Below the pieces are notes generated by a model. It was not told where the DNA came from. It did no database searches and saw nothing but the letters and a program-made list of their open reading frames with translations. A program made the translations under genes and the position numbers. From Candidatus Zixiibacteriota bacterium (lineage in GTDB: Bacteria > Zixibacteria > MSB-5A5 > GN15 > FEB-12), in NCBI GenBank assembly GCA_041742355.1, contig JBGSIV010000139.1, forward strand, positions 511 to 64,510: DNA of 64,000 bases. The letters are read 5' to 3'. Below, in pieces: positions 37,007 to 46,317 of the stretch. Position 1 is the stretch's first letter; every line of letters starts with the position of its first letter.

Positions 37007-37810
37007 CTATAGCTTGTATATATCAGTGGTTCGAATCGTTACTATGCCTCCGTTTTTGGTGGTGGCGGTCACCTCGCGGAAATCTCCCGCCTGCATCCGC
37101 TTGGCTGCTTCATCTGGAGCAAATTTGCCCTGCTCCCGACTGGTGGCTTTCACCGTCTTAATCGTGTCCTTGGACTTGACTACTTCTATACGCTCATACC
37201 GCGGGTCAGCCACGATCGAAAGCAGCTTCTGCTCCTTGGCCGTCGGCTGTTTGAGCTGAAGCGTTCGCTGTGCAGCCACTTCGGCCAGGGACAGGGTCAG
37301 CACCCTCCGGACGTAGTTGTGCAGCGGACAGCAGACAACGGGCCCGCGGCTTTCGTCGGGCTGCACTTTGTCAAGAAGGCTGTCAGCCGTCAGGGGAATG
37401 ACCATCCGTCCCGTGCGATCGATCACGAGCGTGTAGCATCCTCCCCGAACGGAGCTGATGACAAACATGTCGAGAAAGGACATACCGGGAGGGAATGCGG
37501 CCAGCTGGGCCAGCACGTACCGGATAATGTCCACGGGGAATCCGATCTGGCGCAGGTCGCTGATTATGAGCAGTTGGAGGACTTCAAAGAAGGAGAACTT
37601 CCGCCAACCGGTTTCCTCTGTGTCGCGGTGCGGGGTGATCAGGTGCAGGCTATCCCAGGTGTTCACCTTTCGGTAGGTGATCGACGAATCGAGCTCGCGG
37701 AGCGCCTGAATTGGATACCGGGGCTCAAGCAGCTCTCGGTGGAGCGCCTTGCCGTCGTGCACGGATGGCATCCAGTTGCGCCACGGTTCTTGTTTACTCT
37801 GTCCGGTCAT
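37007..37810 (-). CDS. Hypothetical protein with a MerR-like HTH N-terminus
   Basis: 267 aa. ITYRKVNTWDSLHLITPHRDTEETGWRKFSFFEVLQLLIISDLRQIG resembles a MerR-type winged helix. It is the first gene of the minus-strand block. Confidence 0.4.
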   Translation of the reverse strand: MTGQSKQEPWRNWMPSVHDGKALHRELLEPRYPIQALRELDSSITYRKVNTWDSLHLITPHRDTEETGWRKFSFFEVLQLLIISDLRQIGFPVDIIRYVLAQLAAFPPGMSFLDMFVISSVRGGCYTLVIDRTGRMVIPLTADSLLDKVQPDESRGPVVCCPLHNYVRRVLTLSLAEVAAQRTLQLKQPTAKEQKLLSIVADPRYERIEVVKSKDTIKTVKATSREQGKFAPDEAAKRMQAGDFREVTATTKNGGIVTIRTTDIYKL

Positions 37811-38149
37811 GGGCTCTCTATAAATTGTACCTCTGTGTTCATTAGTATAGTGTATATTACATAAATTGAACGGTCAACCATAAATTTGTCGTCTCCGGAG
37901 AAAATGCCCGGTTGGCCGACAAGGCGCTCAGCCCCGGCTTTTCTGATAAGAGCACCCAAAACTGCGGCTGACTGATCAGAGTTCTACAGTCTCACTCGCG
38001 TGATAGCCGTAACCGTTTGGAAGAAAGGCGGTTACCTTGGCGATTATCTGCCAACCACGGGCATTCTTCTGCTTGACTTGCGCCCCGAAATAGTCATGAT
38101 GTAAGGTGGCTCCTGAGCTGTAACTTTCACCTAATCAAGGAGTTATCCT

Positions 38150-39481
38150 ATGTCCACGAAGACCACTCAGGCCCCACCGACCCCAGCTTGGAAGAGCCTG
38201 GCCGATTTGCAAAAGCTCTCCCTGCCCGACCAGCGCACGTTGTCCGACGGCTATCCTGAGGGGGATTCCAAGCGACTGTACAAGGCAATACTGGAACAGA
38301 AGCGGAAAGATAACGACGATCCCGATCCGTATCTTTTCGAAGTCGTCGATGGCCAGCAGCGCATCCGCACCATGTTGGAGTTCATGGGGGTTAAACCGCC
38401 GAATGCGCACTGCTACCGGGGGGCTTGGCTCGAACCGTTTAACTCACAGCAAGATTCACCAATTGCTAAAGGGAAACGGTATGATCAACTCAATGTCGAT
38501 CAGAAGATCAGGTTCGATGAGAAACCGCTTACGATCATGATCCTGGAGAACGCCAATATCCAAGAGGTCCGCGACATGTTCCTGCGGCTTCAGAACGGCA
38601 CACCGCTGAATGCACAACAGAAGCGCGATGCGACGGGTTCGCAGATCGGGCGAGCGGCACGCCTCATCGCTGATCTCCCGTTCTTCAAGATATCGGCTGG
38701 TTTCGATGATGCAGGATCAGCCCACCACTCGGTGGCGTCGCAGATGCTTCACCTTGAGATCAAGGAGAGGATTGTCAGCTGCACCTCTCGCCAGCTGGAC
38801 AAGCTCTATGACCATTACAAGTCTACGCCTGTGGACCCGCCGGTGATTGCGAGGACCAAAAAGGTGGTGGAGATCCTCGGGAGAGTCTTCCCCGGTCAGA
38901 ACCCGCATTTGAACCAAAACTACGCACTCAGTCTGTATTGGCTGATTTCCAGGATTCTGCTGACCTACACCATTCCGGAGACCGAATATTCGAAGATCAG
39001 GGACAATTTCGAGCGGATGGATGTCGCTCGAATCGAATCACGGAATGCGGGTTATCCCGGGCCAGATGGCGAAATGTTCGAAGACCTGAGTCTGGCGATG
39101 TCACGCGGGAATACTGGGATTGACGGTATCTCAACTCGACATGATATCGTAGGCCGTTACCTCTTCCAGGGGATCGGCTTGGTGCCACGTCCCGAACTGG
39201 ACCCGACGCGGGACTTCACCCATGAAGAAAAACTGGTCCTGTACTACAGGGCTCGCGGGTGCTGTCAGCTGGAACATGGGCAAAGCGTTTGCGGTCGGCC
39301 GATTGAATTTGACGATGCGGTTGTGGATCATATCATTCCCCACAGCAAACAGGGAAGAACTGAACTGGCCAATGGGCGAATCGCCTTCAAGCTCTGTAAC
39401 ATCGCCAGAGGGAACAGAGACGATTTCGACCCGAAGGCGCAGTGCCACCTGTCGACTGCCTCGGTCGCGAAAGCGGAATAA
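38150..39481 (+). CDS. DUF262 (ParB-like NTPase) plus C-terminal HNH nuclease; GmrSD/BrxU-like type IV restriction candidate
   Basis: 443 aa. FEVVDGQQRIRTMLEF carries the DGQQR motif, FLRLQNGTPLNAQQKRDA is present, and the C-terminus is AVVDHIIPHSKQGRTELANGRIAFKLCNIARGNR (HNH). Confidence 0.7.
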   Translation: MSTKTTQAPPTPAWKSLADLQKLSLPDQRTLSDGYPEGDSKRLYKAILEQKRKDNDDPDPYLFEVVDGQQRIRTMLEFMGVKPPNAHCYRGAWLEPFNSQQDSPIAKGKRYDQLNVDQKIRFDEKPLTIMILENANIQEVRDMFLRLQNGTPLNAQQKRDATGSQIGRAARLIADLPFFKISAGFDDAGSAHHSVASQMLHLEIKERIVSCTSRQLDKLYDHYKSTPVDPPVIARTKKVVEILGRVFPGQNPHLNQNYALSLYWLISRILLTYTIPETEYSKIRDNFERMDVARIESRNAGYPGPDGEMFEDLSLAMSRGNTGIDGISTRHDIVGRYLFQGIGLVPRPELDPTRDFTHEEKLVLYYRARGCCQLEHGQSVCGRPIEFDDAVVDHIIPHSKQGRTELANGRIAFKLCNIARGNRDDFDPKAQCHLSTASVAKAE

Positions 39482-40265
39482 CATGATGTTGCCGACTTGT
39501 GCAATCAATGGAGTGGTGAAGTTATTCCTGATCCTCACCGTTGGCTCACCATTGCTTATGGAACCCGTCGTTCACCTCAGTTCAAATTGAGAACGAAGAC
39601 GTTCTGAAATCACCCGACTGATTGTCGATAAGAGAGTCGATTAGATTTAAGTCCCTGGAGATTCGACAGTGAATGCCAACACCTTGGTAATGGCGGTCCA
39701 ATCACTATACCATGCTGCGCCAACCGAGATGCCCATTTCGAACAAACAAGAGAAATTCGGCGCAATGCATTTAAGACCCTTCCTATTTGGGAGTTCGATA
39801 TAGTCGCTGACGTTCCTTTCACTGTTTCTGAAGAAACGGAGAGGAACTGACACTCAGCAGTGCGACACAAGTTGGTGTTGGTTCTCCTCCGGCACAACAC
39901 AGGGACTTAACGCTGGTCGTCTGCCGCGGGTTATGGGTTCTGCGGGACTACGGGACCATCAAGAACCACTCTCATTGGAGTTTCGCAGACCTTCGGTGGA
40001 AACGGTTAGAGTCTGCATTGTGAGACAATTGCCTTGCCTCTGCAAGACCGGGGGAGTATATTGGCTGAGAGAGCCAGTCGCCGTTTTGTCGCTGGCTGTG
40101 CGTAGGGTTAGAAGCACTTGTGAAAAGAATCCGGAAATCAGGCCACGCGGTGCTTCGGTGTGCCGATTCCTGTTTCTTTTGGCGATGTGTCATTGGTGAG
40201 ATATAACGTCTCCTCGGTGTTTCGCACCCGATTCGACAAACGCAGCTACTTCACGTGGGAACTGT

Positions 40266-40988
40266 GTGAAAGACCAGGGGAGAAAGCGATCTCGGTTTCC
40301 GGACACACGTTGGTCGCTCGTAAGGCGAGCGGCCGGCAGTGACGACGGCGAGCGACAAGATGCTCTATCCCAGTTGCTCATAATCTACGCACCGGCACTG
40401 CTCGCCTACCTTATTAGAGGTCGTCGTATCCCGCCGGACTTGGCCGACGACATTCTGAACGATTTCATTCTCGACAAGATTCTGGAGCGAAGGATTATAG
40501 ACCGGGCAGATTCTAGTCGTGGTCGTTTCCGGAGTTTCATCCTCAAATCCCTCAACAACTACGCTACGACTAAGCTGCGCAGGGAGTACGTCCTGCGAGC
40601 GCGATTAGCCGGTTTCAGTGAAGCTGAGTTCGATGTGGCTCCTCCATCGATGGCAGTCGACGCCTTTGAACTGGAGTGGGTGCGACAGGTGGTTCAAGAT
40701 GCACTTGCCATGATGCAGGAGGATTGCATTAAGAGGCACCGTGACGCCGAGTGGAAGCTGTTCTCGCTGCGCGTAGTCGGGCCGCTCATTGAAGATGTTG
40801 AACCGGTGGAGTATCGAGAATTGATTGAGCAGCTCCACCTGGATACTCCACGACAGGCAATCAATCTCCTCGCCACGGCAAAGCGGACGTTCCTGCGGCA
40901 CCTGCAGACGGCCATCAGTCGTTATGCCGAAGATGGGCAGGAAGTCAGCGCGGAAATCGAGGACCTAAGAAGAATTGTTGGACGTTAA
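40266..40988 (+). CDS. Sigma-70 family factor, ECF43-like (Ser/Thr-kinase-associated type)
   Basis: 240 aa with a GTG start. The N-terminal motif is FPDTRWSLVRRA. ADDILNDFILDKI and FRSFILKSLNNYATTKLRRE look like region 2. TPRQAINLLATAKRTFLRHLQTAI looks like region 4. A kinase lies two genes downstream. Confidence 0.65.
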   Translation: MKDQGRKRSRFPDTRWSLVRRAAGSDDGERQDALSQLLIIYAPALLAYLIRGRRIPPDLADDILNDFILDKILERRIIDRADSSRGRFRSFILKSLNNYATTKLRREYVLRARLAGFSEAEFDVAPPSMAVDAFELEWVRQVVQDALAMMQEDCIKRHRDAEWKLFSLRVVGPLIEDVEPVEYRELIEQLHLDTPRQAINLLATAKRTFLRHLQTAISRYAEDGQEVSAEIEDLRRIVGR

Positions 40989-41023
40989 GGCGCAACCGGG
41001 TCTTGCTCATAGAGTAGTATTTA

Positions 41024-41569
41024 ATGGCTGACGCTGCGGTAGCGAGGTGTATGAAGCAGAGACAAGTGATGGATCCGAGAAGCAAGAGCATTATTAGAGG
41101 GCTTCTGGACCCGGGCGGCGATTTGGCTTCGGTTTGGTCTGCTTCGGATTGTGCCGCCATGATGGAGCACCTGATGGAGACGCCACTCCTCGCAGAATCT
41201 GACCGATTCGCAGAGTTGGCCGGCACAGTGATGCAGCGGATTGATGAGTTGATAAAGGCCACTGGGAACCAGACGTTCTACGAACTACTTAGCTCAGGAC
41301 GAGCCTCTTTGATGCTTCTGACGATGGTCAAAGACTACGCTAAGGTAGCATGTGCCACAGGTGAAGACCTTCCTCCCGATGTGGGCCGAGTGCTGTACGT
41401 GGCGTCCATTCTTGCGGCGATGCGCCGGGGGGACTGCATAACAACACTTTCTGCTGCTGCCGTTGAAAAGGAGCGGCGCCGGTGTCTGACGCTTATCTGG
41501 TTGCCAGATAGAGTTCGATCGCTGTTGGCCAATTGGGGCGAGGAGAGACATTTGAGGATTCAGGAGTAA
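41024..41569 (+). CDS. Hypothetical protein (helical)
   Basis: 181 aa with no motif I recognise. Its TAA stop overlaps the ATG of the kinase (TAATG at 41567-41571). Confidence 0.5.
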   Translation: MADAAVARCMKQRQVMDPRSKSIIRGLLDPGGDLASVWSASDCAAMMEHLMETPLLAESDRFAELAGTVMQRIDELIKATGNQTFYELLSSGRASLMLLTMVKDYAKVACATGEDLPPDVGRVLYVASILAAMRRGDCITTLSAAAVEKERRRCLTLIWLPDRVRSLLANWGEERHLRIQE

Positions 41570-42729
41570 TGCCAATAATTGAGCCGGGTTCGCTTGTTCG
41601 GGGGACTTATGATGTGGAGCGGCTCCTCGGCGAGGGGGCCTTTGCCGAGGTCTACCGTGTTAAGCATCGGTTCATGGGTCGTCAGGCCATGAAGGTTTTT
41701 AAGGCACCGGGTGCTACAATTGAAGAGATTGAGCGTGACCTGGCCGAGGCCATTCTCCTCTCTGTTCTTCGCCACCCGAACGTTGTCGAGGTATTCGACG
41801 CCAATGTCCTTGAGGCGAACGGGAACCAGTTTGGCTACTTCACTATGACGTATGTGCCAGGCGGCACTCTGGAGCGCTACTGGCGTTCCTTTGGCGCGAA
41901 CCTGATGCCGGTGGATCAGGTTGTGGAAATCGGTCGACAGGTGTGTCGGGGACTGGCTACGGCACACGCATCGAAGCCGCCTATTGTCCACCGTGACGTG
42001 AAGCCTCAGAATATTCTGGTAGGATTCGACGGAGATGGACTTAAGGTAAGGCTCAGCGATTTCGGTCTGGCCAAACGGGTCAACCCCCTCACTCTGTTGG
42101 CAACTTCAAAAGGTACCTTAGGTTTCAAGCCGCCCGAATCACTCGCAAATGTCGACTCGTGCGCCGCCGATGTCTGGGCGGTCGGAGCGACGCTGTACCT
42201 ATTGCTTACGGACGAAATGCCGTTCCCTCTACTTGGGATGCGTGACGCTGAGGATGCCAATCGATTCCTGAGACCGATCCGCCCGCCAAGCCTATATAAT
42301 GTCTACGTTGACGCAGGGCTTGAAGCCATTCTCTATCGTTGCCTCGCAGCCCGGCCCGGCGACCGTTATGCTGATGCGAATCAGTTACTTACGGATCTCG
42401 ATCGCTGGTCGCCGGCTGATCCTCGATCAGTCGGTCACGTGAGCCAGTCGAGCTTGGGCCCTAAGGCTTCGATGGATTCACGCTCCCCCCACGACTTCAA
42501 GGCCGAAGCCCACCAGGCGCTTCAGGAAGCCCAGGAGATGGCCCAGAATCCTGCCAACCTGACGGCAGCGGCCGATCTGCTTGAGGAGGCTATAAGCAAA
42601 GATCCCTCGTTGCGACAACGCTATGAGTCGCAACTCAAGCTTTGGCGCCGCGGTGTCATGCACGTGTCCACAGCAGATATGAAGAAGAGACCGGGATATC
42701 CCCCCCGGGGCAAAGACCACGACCGATAA
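41569..42729 (+). CDS. Ser/Thr protein kinase (Hanks type) with a short helical C-terminal tail
   Basis: Contains LGEGAFAEVYRV, AMKVF, HRDVKPQNILV and DFGLAK. The ATG at 41569 is preceded by AGGAG. The track ORF starts 36 nt upstream. Confidence 0.85.
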   Translation: MPIIEPGSLVRGTYDVERLLGEGAFAEVYRVKHRFMGRQAMKVFKAPGATIEEIERDLAEAILLSVLRHPNVVEVFDANVLEANGNQFGYFTMTYVPGGTLERYWRSFGANLMPVDQVVEIGRQVCRGLATAHASKPPIVHRDVKPQNILVGFDGDGLKVRLSDFGLAKRVNPLTLLATSKGTLGFKPPESLANVDSCAADVWAVGATLYLLLTDEMPFPLLGMRDAEDANRFLRPIRPPSLYNVYVDAGLEAILYRCLAARPGDRYADANQLLTDLDRWSPADPRSVGHVSQSSLGPKASMDSRSPHDFKAEAHQALQEAQEMAQNPANLTAAADLLEEAISKDPSLRQRYESQLKLWRRGVMHVSTADMKKRPGYPPRGKDHDR

Positions 42730-42983
42730 AGTCACTATTTCATCCGGCCTGCGCAACACAGGTCATTTGACGTGGTAGTATCGGTAAAGAGAAGTCACTC
42801 AGGAAGACAGACTGATGCAAAGAGTGAGAAACAAGGCGGATCGATCGAAGAAAGGGCTTATTGTCTTCCCGGACAGGTCCATCCTTTCTATCGACCAATC
42901 TGCAAAGAGGGCGTCAGTTCGATCCTGCATTAGACGACACGAACTTCTCGGTTGTTGCAGACCTGACTGAATGGAGCTTTTTC

Positions 42984-45026
42984 ATGAGTGAACCAACCCT
43001 CATGTGCGAACCACTGCTGGACCTTGCTTCTCCGGCGATTTACCGAAGTAACCTCTTCCGCATACTCGGCGTAAGTATCGATGCCTCGGCGCGCGACGTA
43101 CAGCGGCAACTGCAGCGGCGGAGGATGGAGGAACGACTCGGAGTGGCATCGGCTGGCAAGAATGGAAACCTGCTGGAGTTGAATCCTGCTCCAAGTGAAC
43201 AAGATATACAGCTTGCTCTGGAGAGGCTGAACCGCCCGATCGACCGGCTTCTACACGAGATTTTCTGGTTCTGGCCACTCCCGGGCAACGGCTCTGGGGA
43301 CGCCGCTCTCTTAGCACTTGCCCAAGGCAAAACAGGGGAAGCCGTCGAGCTCTGGTCCAAAAACGGAGATCATGAGGTCACCGGCGAGATCTCCCGGCAC
43401 AATGTTGTCGTACTTCGCCACTTGGAGGCGCTCGACGAGATTGCTGCCGGGATTGACCAACAGCCTGGGAAGAAGGAGAAGAAGAGAATCGCCGAGACTT
43501 GGCAGCGGGTGTTTGCGGACTGGCGGCAGGTACTTGAAGGGGAGCATTTTTGGAGTACCGTTCGCTCGCGGGTGACGGATCTCAACGACGCGCAGCTGAC
43601 AACCGGATTTGTGCACCGCGTTCGTCAAACACTGCCGCTGGCAATCCTGCTCATCAATGCCAGAGTCGCCTGTGTTGCTGCAGAACAAGGGAACTCCGCA
43701 CTGGCAGAATGCCACACGGTCATTCTTAAAGATGCCGGATTTGATGAAACTGTCGTCGATGACGCCATTAGTCAGGCGCTTCAGCCAAGCCGAAATCGCC
43801 TTGGAGCAGTTGTCGAGAGCGCCAAGAACCGCTGTACTGCGAAGCCACATCACGCCAATCAGTACGTGCGCGAATTGCATGAACAGGCCCAGGAACCCCT
43901 CAGCGTGATTGGATCGATTCTGCCGGCAGATGATGCCAGAACCGTGGGAGCCCATGATTCGGTTGGTCAGGCAATGCTATCCGGGCAGATCGATTACGGC
44001 GAGAAGACCGACGATTGGAAAGAGTGCCTGGACTTGCTCAAACTTGCACGAGAAGTAGCCCGAGGCGCAGAACTCATTGAGCGTGTAGATCGCAACACAA
44101 GAATCGTCGCCGACAACGCCAAGTCCCAAAACGACTGGTACAGCCCCGGCTACTGGGAACTGCCCCAGCTGGCCATCGATGCACTCGAACGGGCTCATAG
44201 CAAGGTGAAGGCAGGGGACTATGCAGGAGCGATTGGTCTTTTAGTCGCGCTCGATCCCTCCATCGGTAGGCCGCTTCGACGCAGCCTGTCCCTGAGCTTG
44301 AGCGAGCGGGGAAGGCAGATTCGAAACCTGGCCATTGATGAGTTCAACCAGCCTACATCATACGTGAAGAAAGCAATCGACCTCATTCGGCAACTGGGAT
44401 CGATCGGTGTGCCGACCCCTCAAACCCCATCGTACTCGCTTCCGCAGTGTCCTTGTTGCAGTAGCCGGCACTACAGCCAGTGGATGAACATGGAATACGA
44501 CGGCCAGCGCCTGTGGCTGTGTGCCGATTGCTCTAGCCGCGATGACAGGGAGAGGGAAAAGAAGCGTGCGGACCTCAGAATCAAGATCTCCGAAGCGCTG
44601 CAGTATGTGCTGCTCGCGGACGAGGTCGACCCGGGCAACAGTGCAGTTCGCGAAAACCTCAACAGCCTTAAGGAAGTGGCCGGCCAGATTCAATGCGCTG
44701 TTCCCACGGCCCAACCGTTGCGAGTCCGCTTGGGCAAAGATGTTATTCAAGGACTGCCCCTTCCCAGCGACAGACTGGTGGTTGGCGCAACATGCTATTT
44801 CTGCGGCAGCCGGGCAGCTAATCCAGAGTGTCAAATTGAAGTTCCAATGCACGGCGATGTGCAGACGGTGGGGATGATATTCGGACAAGGAACCCGCTAC
44901 CATTTTACCCACGTTGTCGTTCCACGCTGTCAGCGGTGCCAGGAAATGCACCGCGAGTTGCCAACTCGGATAGAGAGCTGGCAGGATCTCCTGCAAGTCG
45001 CAATGGGAGAGTCAGTCTCAGTTTGA
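42984..45026 (+). CDS. Hypothetical protein with a J-domain-like N-terminus (no HPD tripeptide), a long helical middle and C-terminal CxxC zinc ribbons
   Basis: The start MSEPTLMCEPLL has GGAG upstream. IYRSNLFRILGVSIDASARDVQRQLQRRR resembles J-domain helices I-II. CPCCSSRHY...CADCSS and CYFCGS...CQRCQEMH are Cys pairs. Confidence 0.5.
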   Translation: MSEPTLMCEPLLDLASPAIYRSNLFRILGVSIDASARDVQRQLQRRRMEERLGVASAGKNGNLLELNPAPSEQDIQLALERLNRPIDRLLHEIFWFWPLPGNGSGDAALLALAQGKTGEAVELWSKNGDHEVTGEISRHNVVVLRHLEALDEIAAGIDQQPGKKEKKRIAETWQRVFADWRQVLEGEHFWSTVRSRVTDLNDAQLTTGFVHRVRQTLPLAILLINARVACVAAEQGNSALAECHTVILKDAGFDETVVDDAISQALQPSRNRLGAVVESAKNRCTAKPHHANQYVRELHEQAQEPLSVIGSILPADDARTVGAHDSVGQAMLSGQIDYGEKTDDWKECLDLLKLAREVARGAELIERVDRNTRIVADNAKSQNDWYSPGYWELPQLAIDALERAHSKVKAGDYAGAIGLLVALDPSIGRPLRRSLSLSLSERGRQIRNLAIDEFNQPTSYVKKAIDLIRQLGSIGVPTPQTPSYSLPQCPCCSSRHYSQWMNMEYDGQRLWLCADCSSRDDREREKKRADLRIKISEALQYVLLADEVDPGNSAVRENLNSLKEVAGQIQCAVPTAQPLRVRLGKDVIQGLPLPSDRLVVGATCYFCGSRAANPECQIEVPMHGDVQTVGMIFGQGTRYHFTHVVVPRCQRCQEMHRELPTRIESWQDLLQVAMGESVSV

Positions 45027-45042
45027 GCCGCTCGTCGAACGA

Positions 45043-46275
45043 GTGGAAGAGGCCGAGCCGGCGGCCAGGGCAGCCGCCGCATTGATTGAGGAGAAGAAGC
45101 GGGCACAGGCAGCGGCCGAAGCTGCCATCGAAGCCGCCCAGCGAATCGGCGTCGATTGCCCCAAGTGCCGCAAGCCGCTCGAGAACCACCTCTGCCGTAA
45201 CTGCGATGGCAAGTACTTCGGCTTCACAGTTGCTCTCCGCGGATTGATGGTCGCTGAAGCAATCGTGATCATATTGGCAACGGCTCTGGGAGCGCTGAAT
45301 TGGGCAGGTGCCTTACTGTCAGCGGTGACCGGCTGGAAGGGAGATGTAGCCACCTTCTGGGCGGTTGTCTTCATTTCCCTAATGATCGAAGCTGCCACCG
45401 TCATCGCTTTCCCGTTCTGGCAGCGCCGCCGGCGCGCCATGGAGACGATGCGGCGGGTTGAAGACCACGCCCGCCAGCGCGTCGAGGCAACCGCTGCGGC
45501 CAAGGAGCAGCGGCGGCAAGCAGCCATCGACTTGGAGCGTGCAGGGAGGCAGTCGCGCGAGGCTCTGGCGATGTTCCAGAAAGCGAATGAGGCGCTGATT
45601 GCAGCCAAAGCCAAAGTGCAGGCCGATTTTGAAAGAGGGCACCCGCGACCGGCCTTACCGACAGATGTAAAACATGAGGAGAGTTTTTGTCAGTGCGCCG
45701 GTGTCTCAGCCTTGCTGAGTCAGGAGTGGGTGTTTGGAGCAGATCCCTCGAAGAAGGCAGCCGGACCGGCTCTTGAAGCGGCCAAGTCCTGCTCGCGCGG
45801 ACTGGTGTCTCGCGAACCGCGCCCTATGCCTGAGACGGCCTTGGCGAAATGCCCCGGATGTGGGAAACGTCGAAGGGTTCCGATCGAGAAAGAGGTCAGG
45901 GCACAAGTGTGTGACTGCGGCTTCCGCATTGAGTATTGCAACGGTGCAGTCTACATCCCGCCCAAGACTTCACTGCGCACCGCCGGACAACTTGCAACAG
46001 ACCATTCCTCGGTGTTACGCATGGCCCGAGACGCAAACCCCGAGGAGACGCTGACATGTCCTGCATGTAGTGCGAAAGTCAAAGCAAGGAATCTTGTAGC
46101 TCACTTTGACAAGAACCATGGGAACAGCAGTAGCCGTGGTAGTTCGGAGACAAGTGAAAAATCGGGCGCGGCGAAGAAGAAGGGCGTGCATGACTTTGAC
46201 GCCACGGGCATCTGTCGCAATTGTGGTTCCAGTCGTGGTGCGGCTGAACACTTCAGGTGGACCTGCAGGGGATAA
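45043..46275 (+). CDS. Multi-zinc-ribbon membrane protein with a coiled coil
   Basis: 410 aa with a GTG start. CPKCRKPLENHLCRNC is a zinc ribbon. The hydrophobic segments are LMVAEAIVIILATALGALNWAGALLSAV and FWAVVFISLMIEAATVIAFPFW. CPGCGKRRRV...CDCG, CPACSAKVKARNLVAHFDKNH and CRNCGSSRG lie further on. Confidence 0.55.
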   Translation: MEEAEPAARAAAALIEEKKRAQAAAEAAIEAAQRIGVDCPKCRKPLENHLCRNCDGKYFGFTVALRGLMVAEAIVIILATALGALNWAGALLSAVTGWKGDVATFWAVVFISLMIEAATVIAFPFWQRRRRAMETMRRVEDHARQRVEATAAAKEQRRQAAIDLERAGRQSREALAMFQKANEALIAAKAKVQADFERGHPRPALPTDVKHEESFCQCAGVSALLSQEWVFGADPSKKAAGPALEAAKSCSRGLVSREPRPMPETALAKCPGCGKRRRVPIEKEVRAQVCDCGFRIEYCNGAVYIPPKTSLRTAGQLATDHSSVLRMARDANPEETLTCPACSAKVKARNLVAHFDKNHGNSSSRGSSETSEKSGAAKKKGVHDFDATGICRNCGSSRGAAEHFRWTCRG

Positions 46276-46317
46276 CGCATCGCCCAGCAATGCTATGCAA
46301 GGAGGATCACTTTCGTC

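Noticed and set aside
39610-40199. Small ORFs (96 aa and 68 aa on the minus strand, 88 aa on the plus strand) in the 784-bp spacer upstream of the ECF43-like sigma gene
   Set aside because: They have no RBS, motif or partner. The 68-aa frame (39647..39853) looks the least random, but I cannot support it from sequence alone.
43311-43955. 214-aa minus-strand ORF inside the J-like gene
   Set aside because: It is antisense to a longer, co-directional operon gene, and nothing supports it.
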